This document shows, piece by piece, positions 9,601-15,577 of a stretch of DNA of 64,000 bases. Each line of letters opens with the position of its first letter. Positions within the stretch are counted from its first letter, which is position 1. The position numbers were made by a program, and so were the translations under genes. The stretch comes from Candidatus Omnitrophota bacterium. Its GTDB lineage: Bacteria; Omnitrophota; Omnitrophia; Omnitrophales; JACQLI01. The stretch lies in NCBI GenBank assembly GCA_016179745.1, contig JACPCP010000019.1, positions 3,190-67,189 on the forward strand. Reading direction: 5' to 3'. The notes under the pieces were generated by a model. The model was given only the letters and a program-made list of their open reading frames with translations. It did no database searches and was not told where the DNA came from.

Positions 9601-10203
9601 TCAGGCAGCCAGATCCTGACGGGAGGCGAACGAAGACCCGGGGGAACTCACGCCCGGCTTTCCTCCCCCGGAGAGCCGGTAGATTTCGTCGAGGTCCCGG
9701 TCGCTCCATTCCGGATCGACCACCTCAGACGGAGAGTCCCGGGGGGTCCGGACTTCATTCGATCGGGCAATCAGATAAAAACGGTCTCTTCCGTTCCCGA
9801 TCCCCAGCTCCGCCCTATAACGGTGATCCGGCACCCCCAAATGGAGATACCAGTTTTTGGTCTCCAGAGAAATCAAGAGGTCATAGGACCGCCTCGCCTC
9901 AAGGTCGTGGACCCGAATCATTGATTTGAGGGAGGGGTCCTCGGAAAATTTCTGCTGAATCCAATTCCAGGTCTCCCCCGAAAAATCCCAGTAGCTGTAA
10001 GCCCAATAGGGGTCCCGGACCATCAGGACGAGTTTTGTTTCGCCGTAAGAAAATGGAAGATCGGTCACGGGGCTTTGGCCTGCGGCCTTGACCGCCGGCC
10101 GAAGCCGAGACCGCAGTTTGGCCCGGGGGCGCCTTCGGGCGGGCGCCTTCTTTCGTGAGGACTTCCTCCGGGAAGATGATTTTCTCCGGCCTTTTCTCCT
10201 CAT
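9601..10203 (-). CDS. DUF4912 domain protein with Arg/Lys-rich N-terminus
   Basis: 200-aa ORF; LVLMVRDPYWAYSYWDFS..W core resembles DUF4912, a family I recall as a frequent GH57 neighbour. Confidence 0.65.
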   Translation of the reverse strand: MRRKGRRKSSSRRKSSRKKAPARRRPRAKLRSRLRPAVKAAGQSPVTDLPFSYGETKLVLMVRDPYWAYSYWDFSGETWNWIQQKFSEDPSLKSMIRVHDLEARRSYDLLISLETKNWYLHLGVPDHRYRAELGIGNGRDRFYLIARSNEVRTPRDSPSEVVDPEWSDRDLDEIYRLSGGGKPGVSSPGSSFASRQDLAA

Positions 10204-10296
10204 GAATTTAAATTCTACGCCCCCTTTCCGTGACTTGCCAATAGAAAAAATCCGCCCGTTGGCCTATAATTGGGCCTTCTTCCCGCCTTCTTATAT

Positions 10297-10372
10297 GGTG
10301 AGCGTAGCTCAACCTGGTTAGAGCACTAGATTGTGGATCTAGGGGTTGCGGGTTCAATTCCCGTCGCTCACC
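10297..10372 (+). tRNA. tRNA-His (GTG)
   Basis: Extra 5' G(-1), acceptor GTGAGCG/CGCTCAC, anticodon stem CTAGA/TCTAG with loop TTGTGGA, T-loop TTCAATT. Confidence 0.9.
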
Positions 10373-10375
10373 CAG

Positions 10376-10616
10376 CTTTTTTCAGCCGAGTGTTTTTTAC
10401 GAGGCTAGAAAAAAGCTGCCCCAGGAGGAGCGCAGCGACGACGCGGGGCGTCCTTCAAATAATCTCCGTTTCTTTTCAGCCGAACGTTTTCCAGTGAGGC
10501 TAGAAAAGAAACGTCCCGAGGAGTCCTAAAGGACGACGAGGGACTTCCTTAATCCCAGCTCGAATTGGGGCTGTCCCAGGAGGCGTCCCGAAGGGACGAC
10601 GACGAGGGACTTCCTT
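10376..10616. repeat. degenerate tandem palindromic repeats (about 95-nt period, 2.5 units) directly 3' of tRNA-His
   Basis: Unit 1 (10376-10456) and unit 2 (10471-10550) share TTTTCAGCCGARYGTTTT..GAGGCTAGAAAA followed by a G(T/C)CCC(A)GGAG..hairpin..GACGACG.GGG.C.TCCTT module. A third copy of the second module lies at 10569-10616. Confidence 0.6.
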
Positions 10617-10665
10617 CGAGGCCGCGGAGGGCCGCAGAAGATTCTGCCTGGGCCTAAAATGGTCC

Positions 10666-11778
10666 TTACCACTGCAGGTCATAATTGACACTGCGTCCTT
10701 TGGCGGGGTTTTGGCGAAGAATCCTTTTTTCAACCAAATCCGAAATTTCACGGAATGCAGTGGCGCGGCTTACCTTGGCCATAGAAACATACTTCCGGGT
10801 TGTCAGTCCTCCCTGAAAGCCGCCTCTCCCGGTGTCCAAGAGACGGTTTACAATCTTTTTTTGCCGCTCATTCATGACTGCCTGAGCATGTTTTTGCCAA
10901 AAATCAGCCTTGGCCAAAACATGTCCGATGATCTTATCTGATCTTTCGATAGCGCGTTGGTAACAACCCAGGAACCAGGTCAGCCAATCGGTCCTGTCAG
11001 CGCTGTTGGTCTTTGAAGATTTTTCGAGAACGCGATAATACTCTTCTCTCTCCTCCATGATTTGAGAGGAAAGGCTGTAATATCGCGTTCCGAGTTTTTC
11101 ATCTTGCGCGAGAGCCGTATCCGTCAAAGCGCGGGCAATGCGCCCATTTCCATCTTCAAGCGGATGGATGGTCACAAAATAAAAGTGGGCCAGCCCAGCC
11201 CGTAAAAGGCCGTCCATTTTCTGTGATTCTGAATTCCACCAGGAAAGGAATAGGCGCATTTCCTTCTCAACCGCTTCCCCCGGCGGGGCTTCAAAATGAA
11301 TTTTCTCGCGGCCTACCGGACCCGAGACGACCCGCATCGGCTCCTTGCCGCGCCACTGCCCAACTCTGATTTTATGGAAACCCGAATGGCCTGTCGGGAA
11401 GAGTGCGGCATGCCAGCCCTTCAGCTTTTCCGCAGTCAAGGGTTCCTGATAATTCTGCGTGGCATTCAAAAGAACTTCGATGAGCCCATCGATAGATCGC
11501 GTTGCGGGTCCCAACCCAGCCACAGGCAGTCCCAAATGCCTTGCAACCGACGAGCGCACCGCTTGCCGATTTAGTCTCTCTCCTTCAATCGCTGAGGTCG
11601 TTACGGCTTCTTCGGTAAGGATATCGGCTTGAGCCTCTTCTCCAAGCTCAAAGCCAAGGCGTTTGACTCGGCCAAGAAGATTCCCCTGCGCAAGCCTCGC
11701 CTGCCCCAGAAGCGGCAATAGGGAGTCGCTTTCCCAGGTCATTTTAGGCCAATTTTTAAGCTGCCAAATATAAGTCAT
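10666..11778 (-). CDS. Fic/DOC-family protein (class II, N-terminal inhibitory helix; DUF4172-type N-terminus)
   Basis: HPLEDGNGRIAR matches the Fic motif HxFx(D/E)GNGRxxR. TSAIEG matches the (S/T)xxxE(G/N) auto-inhibition motif. C-terminal wHTH-like tail. Confidence 0.9.
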   Translation of the reverse strand: MTYIWQLKNWPKMTWESDSLLPLLGQARLAQGNLLGRVKRLGFELGEEAQADILTEEAVTTSAIEGERLNRQAVRSSVARHLGLPVAGLGPATRSIDGLIEVLLNATQNYQEPLTAEKLKGWHAALFPTGHSGFHKIRVGQWRGKEPMRVVSGPVGREKIHFEAPPGEAVEKEMRLFLSWWNSESQKMDGLLRAGLAHFYFVTIHPLEDGNGRIARALTDTALAQDEKLGTRYYSLSSQIMEEREEYYRVLEKSSKTNSADRTDWLTWFLGCYQRAIERSDKIIGHVLAKADFWQKHAQAVMNERQKKIVNRLLDTGRGGFQGGLTTRKYVSMAKVSRATAFREISDLVEKRILRQNPAKGRSVNYDLQW

Positions 11779-11936
11779 AAACGCCTCATAATCGCTTCAT
11801 ATTTAGAAACAATTATGCCCTCTAATTGCTTCCTCTGCAAGGGGAAATAATTCAGGAATTTCGGCGTCTGCCCCATCTTGGGTTGCATTTGATTGTTGGG
11901 CTGAGAAGAAGGAAAAAAATATGGGATTTTTGTTTG

Positions 11937-12107
11937 CTAGGGCTCAGCAGGGACAATCTTCTCTAACTCTGCCACGAGAGGCTGGAGTTCCTTGATGACT
12001 GTGTCCCACACGACGTCTTCATCAACATTCATATAGTCGTGGACGACTTTATGACGCATTCCCACAATGGCCTTCCAGGGGATTTGAGCCCGCATAAACC
12101 AAGTCAT
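11937..12107 (-). pseudogene. truncated HEPN (DUF86-type) toxin remnant, 56 codons
   Basis: My own translation: MTWFMRAQIPWKAIVGMRHKVVHDYMNVDEDVVWDTVIKELQPLVAELEKIVPAEP. It keeps the Rx4H motif (RHKVVH) and the C-terminal helices but lacks roughly the N-terminal half of a normal ~110-aa DUF86 protein. Its ATG overlaps the MNT stop. Confidence 0.55.
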
Positions 12108-12409
12108 CCTTCTGCATACTGGACCTCAGCCTCGGTCAGGACCCGATTACGGATGCGGCGATTCAGGAAGCCCGGAGTCACCAAATCCGGGCGGTGCCCC
12201 TTCACCAGGGGGGAAAGTTCTTCCTCAATCTGATACAAACGGATAAATCCAGGTGTATGCCCTGGTTCAAACTCCACGAGGACATCCACATCGCTCGTGG
12301 GACGGAAATCCTCGCGAAGCACGGATCCAAAGAAAGCCAACCTTCGGATATGATTTCGGCGGCAGAATTCTGCCATTTTTATTCTGTCAATAGAGATTCT
12401 GGTTTTCAT
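12104..12409 (-). CDS. nucleotidyltransferase-domain protein (MNT-type antitoxin of HEPN/MNT pairs)
   Basis: 101-aa ORF; FFGSVLREDFRPTSDVDVLVEF = GS..(D/E)xD minimal nucleotidyltransferase signature. Confidence 0.85.
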   Translation of the reverse strand: MKTRISIDRIKMAEFCRRNHIRRLAFFGSVLREDFRPTSDVDVLVEFEPGHTPGFIRLYQIEEELSPLVKGHRPDLVTPGFLNRRIRNRVLTEAEVQYAEG

Positions 12410-12522
12410 TTTTTACGGCTCCGATTTGACCGAATTCTACCATAGGAATCGGACAAAACAGGCCTTTCTTTAATCTTCCTGCCAGTAACGCCCAAGCGCT
12501 GCCAGCAGGTCTCTCTTCCCGC

Positions 12523-12770
12523 TCACTTCCCCTTCACGAGCCAGTCCATCCACGCCTCCATCTCAAAATAACTCTGGAGGACCCCGAGCTGGATCAGGGT
12601 GTTGCGGTCATAGGAAAATCAAAGGTGCCTGTCCCCATTTCCTTCCATTTCCCTTCATCACGCACCGGAATAAACTTCTGCTTCGGCGTCAGCATCACCT
12701 TCTGCCCAGCTACGTACCGGAGCAATACTTCAAAATCGTGTGTGAGAGCTGTTTGATCAGAATTGTTCAT
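12523..12770 (-). pseudogene. small ORF translationally coupled to the nuclease gene, apparently frameshifted in a T-run
   Basis: ATG at 12770 overlaps the nuclease stop (ATGA). Frame 0 gives 58 aa (MNNSDQTALTHDFEVLLRYVAGQKVML...GTFDFPMTATP*). A protein-like continuation (FSYDRNTLIQLGVLQSYFEMEAWMDWLVKGK*) follows in another frame. Adding one T to the GATTTTCC run would join them into about 82 aa. Confidence 0.3.
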
Positions 12771-13438
12771 TTTGATCCCTGATGCTTTCCAAGCCAGGCG
12801 CAGTATTCGCAGGAACCGTTAGTGGCGGGAAGGGGTCCTCTTAAAAGAGCAGCCGCTTTCCGAAGGGTCGTCCGGGCCCGTTCCGGATCTGTGGAGATTT
12901 TAACGGCTTGAAGTTCAAAGAGAACGTTCCCTTGCTCCCCCACGCTCTTTGGTGAGTAGTAAAGAAGGAAGGCATAACCGGCAATCGGCATCTTGTTTTC
13001 GTGAAGGAGCAGGGTATAGCAATCAAGTTGATTCTGGTAATACTTGACGGCATCCGCTTCTGTCGTGACCGAGCCTTTGGTCTTGTAATCAAAGGGAATA
13101 TATTTGCCGTCTTTGACCAACAGGTCATCAATGGCCCCGCTTAAAATCGAACCATCGCCGTCCCGGTATTCAAGTCCCGTGCGCCAATTGCGCCATTTCT
13201 CAAGCTGCCCCTGATCTGCAAACAAGTTAATGCCGTCAAATTCCGTCTTGTTTAATTCGGCAGGCAGCAAACTTTTTGCCCGAAAGCCGTCAAAATGCGT
13301 CTTGATTACCCGGTCCATACCGCCGGGCAGAGAAGGGAAAATCCCTCGCGGCCGCTTGACGCTCTTGACTTTATCAAACCAGAAACACCTCGGGCATTCG
13401 AGGAAGAGATTAAGTGCAGACGGAGACAATCGAATCAT
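12767..13438 (-). CDS. Cas4-like PD-(D/E)XK nuclease family protein
   Basis: The ORF is open to 13525, but the likely start is MIRLSPSALNLF.. (13438). Has the D..(D/E)xK core (GAIDDLLV...IPFDYKTKG), the QxxxY-like YYQNQLDCY, and N-terminal CPRC plus C-terminal CEYC cysteine pairs. Confidence 0.8.
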   Translation of the reverse strand: MIRLSPSALNLFLECPRCFWFDKVKSVKRPRGIFPSLPGGMDRVIKTHFDGFRAKSLLPAELNKTEFDGINLFADQGQLEKWRNWRTGLEYRDGDGSILSGAIDDLLVKDGKYIPFDYKTKGSVTTEADAVKYYQNQLDCYTLLLHENKMPIAGYAFLLYYSPKSVGEQGNVLFELQAVKISTDPERARTTLRKAAALLRGPLPATNGSCEYCAWLGKHQGSK

Positions 13439-13578
13439 GGCTTTATTTGTGCCGCAACTACCCCTCTTTTTTGCCCCCGCTGCTTTGCCGTCCGAAGCCG
13501 AAAGGCAAACGTGGGCACGGCGCACCTTTTTCGGCGGACAGCGGCCTCAATCTGGGTAGTAGATGGTTTTTTGTCATT

Positions 13579-15441
13579 TTAACTGAAATTTACATCCTGT
13601 AAAAACTCAGAAAGGCCAACTTGGCTGTATCTTACTCCCCCAATGGTTACTGTTCGAACGCTCCGGGTGTAATGTCCACGAGACTGTCGGAAGGGTATAT
13701 TTCTGCTCCAGCTCACAGTCAACCCTTTCTTAGCTCTCGTAACGCCAACAAACAAAAGTCTGCGTTGTTCTTGTTTGTATTCGTGATCCGTCAGATATAC
13801 GGAGCGGTTATCGCCGGGGATGTTGCCGTCGTTGCATCCCATTATAAAAACGTGTTCTGCTTCCAATCCTTTCGAGGCGATAAGCGTCATTACTCTGACA
13901 ACTCTTCCTCGCGTTTCAAGTGTCCGAGAATAATCAAGAAATTTAGAATAAAGAATTTGGATGGTATCTCCTTCTTCTCTGAGTTCCGTAAATATACTTC
14001 TGAGGTCTGCCAATTCCTCGTTCGTGGATGGAATAATTTCATCCATCAATTCGCCCAAGTTTGTACTATCCTTGTGCTGCTCGACAAATTGCCTTATTTC
14101 CTGTAAGTGTGTGCAAAGTGCTCTAAGCTTCCTTTTCCGTCTATCAAAATCATCCCGATCAGCTCTTTGAATGGCTTCCCGTACATTTCCGTATTTCTGT
14201 TTCAGTTGTGCAAACTCAACGGAATAATTGTTCCGATTCTTCAAACCTGCATAGGTTCTTATTCTCAAAATGGAATTTGGCTTCGCAACGACACCAAGTA
14301 GAAGAATCTTTTCCTGCTCAATTTCGGAGTATTCGTTCTTTACGACAAACTTGAATGACAAAGCATCGGGAAGCTGTTGAGTTTTTGTATACTTTACAAA
14401 TTCAGCCCCTAATTTTTTTCGCGGGACAAGCACGATAATATCTTTTGGGTCTGTTTCATTCTGTATTCTTTGGAGAATAGCATTGAAAACAAAGCCGAAT
14501 TCGTCATCCTGTTTCTCCTTTTGCTCCAGCGAAATTTTTCCTTCAATGGCGTCCGGCAATGGCATCAAAAAGTTTGTTCTGCTTGGATTGCCTTGTCGTA
14601 GTAATTGATTCGCAACATTGAGAATTTTCTTTGCGCAACGGCCAGAATACGTTAGAGAGTGTTTTTCAACGCTACCTGATTCAGCAAGTGAAATTATCCC
14701 CTCGGGATAGGCATATTTAAAGCTGTATATGGACTGATCCGGGTCGCCCACAGCCAAAACCAGCTTGGAATTTGCGCCGAGCAAAGCAACGAACTCTTGC
14801 TCAAGCTTGTTTAAGTCTTGGTACTCGTCAACAAAAATATATTGGAGCTTTTCGATAAAGTCTGATCTGAGTTTCTTCGCCAAGTCAACAGCGTGATAAA
14901 CAATTTCTTCCATCATTGCCGCTTCGTGTTCATCAAGCCAATTTATAACAGCCGCCTTAAAACTTTTCCGGGCATCATCCTCATTAAATACTTCGTCGTG
15001 CGGTCTCACCGCCCATCCAGCACTAAATTCATCCAACATCCGTTTGAGTTCGCGTTTGTCGGTGCGGGGAAATAAGATCTTCAGATCAGAGAGGATTATT
15101 TGCTTTTCAAAATCTATCACGATTGACTCAACTCTTTTTCTAATATCGTGGTTGTCTTCTGAAAGTAAAAAGGAAAGACAAATCGAATGCAGAGTTGAAG
15201 CGCGAGGAACCCTGTCAAAGTCTTTTATCCTTTCTCGCAGGTCTTGGGCCGATAAACGTGAAAAGGAAATTATGAAAACTTCTTCCGTGTCAATTCCATG
15301 ATCCGCAATGATCTGCTTGGCTTTGGGCACCAGAATACCCTTTGTTTTTCCGCTTCCAGGTCCTGCGATAACGCAGATTTTTTGAGCGGACGAGGCCAGA
15401 ATTTCTTCAAACTGCGGGGTATTACCATTCATATTGCTCAT
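13579..15441 (-). CDS. UvrD/PcrA-like superfamily 1 DNA helicase
   Basis: 620-aa ORF with Walker A AGPGSGKT, motif II FVDEYQD, motif III VGDPDQSIY, later motifs LIASKGLEAEHVF and LLFVGVTRAKKGL. Markedly AT-rich compared with neighbouring genes. Confidence 0.9.
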   Translation of the reverse strand: MSNMNGNTPQFEEILASSAQKICVIAGPGSGKTKGILVPKAKQIIADHGIDTEEVFIISFSRLSAQDLRERIKDFDRVPRASTLHSICLSFLLSEDNHDIRKRVESIVIDFEKQIILSDLKILFPRTDKRELKRMLDEFSAGWAVRPHDEVFNEDDARKSFKAAVINWLDEHEAAMMEEIVYHAVDLAKKLRSDFIEKLQYIFVDEYQDLNKLEQEFVALLGANSKLVLAVGDPDQSIYSFKYAYPEGIISLAESGSVEKHSLTYSGRCAKKILNVANQLLRQGNPSRTNFLMPLPDAIEGKISLEQKEKQDDEFGFVFNAILQRIQNETDPKDIIVLVPRKKLGAEFVKYTKTQQLPDALSFKFVVKNEYSEIEQEKILLLGVVAKPNSILRIRTYAGLKNRNNYSVEFAQLKQKYGNVREAIQRADRDDFDRRKRKLRALCTHLQEIRQFVEQHKDSTNLGELMDEIIPSTNEELADLRSIFTELREEGDTIQILYSKFLDYSRTLETRGRVVRVMTLIASKGLEAEHVFIMGCNDGNIPGDNRSVYLTDHEYKQEQRRLLFVGVTRAKKGLTVSWSRNIPFRQSRGHYTRSVRTVTIGGVRYSQVGLSEFLQDVNFS

Positions 15442-15577
15442 AATGAGATGCTTGGCTTAATAATCTTAATCCTCTTCCCCGGCGTTAAGCTGAAGGATCG
15501 GAAATATGCCATGCTTTTCCCGCTTATTAGAACGGTCAACGTCGGGCATTCCGAGGCAGTTTTTCGGAGCGTGGATA

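Noticed and set aside
10376-10616. Possible CRISPR array near tRNA-His
   Set aside because: There are only 2.5 degenerate units of about 95 nt with internal palindromes. There is no alternation of a short conserved repeat with unique spacers, and no cas genes. The Cas4-like nuclease at 12767 is stand-alone.
12767-13525. Full 252-aa form of the PD-(D/E)XK ORF
   Set aside because: The first 29 codons (MRRAHVCLSASDGKAAGAKKRGSCGTNKA) are not part of the nuclease family N-terminus, which typically begins near the ..LSPSALN.F..CP.. motif. The start at 13438 is preferred but not proven.
13579-15441. Calling the helicase GajB, and the locus Gabija
   Set aside because: No GajA-type ATPase/TOPRIM (OLD-family) gene is adjacent. 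The neighbour is a small PD-(D/E)XK protein instead, so the Gabija label is not supported.
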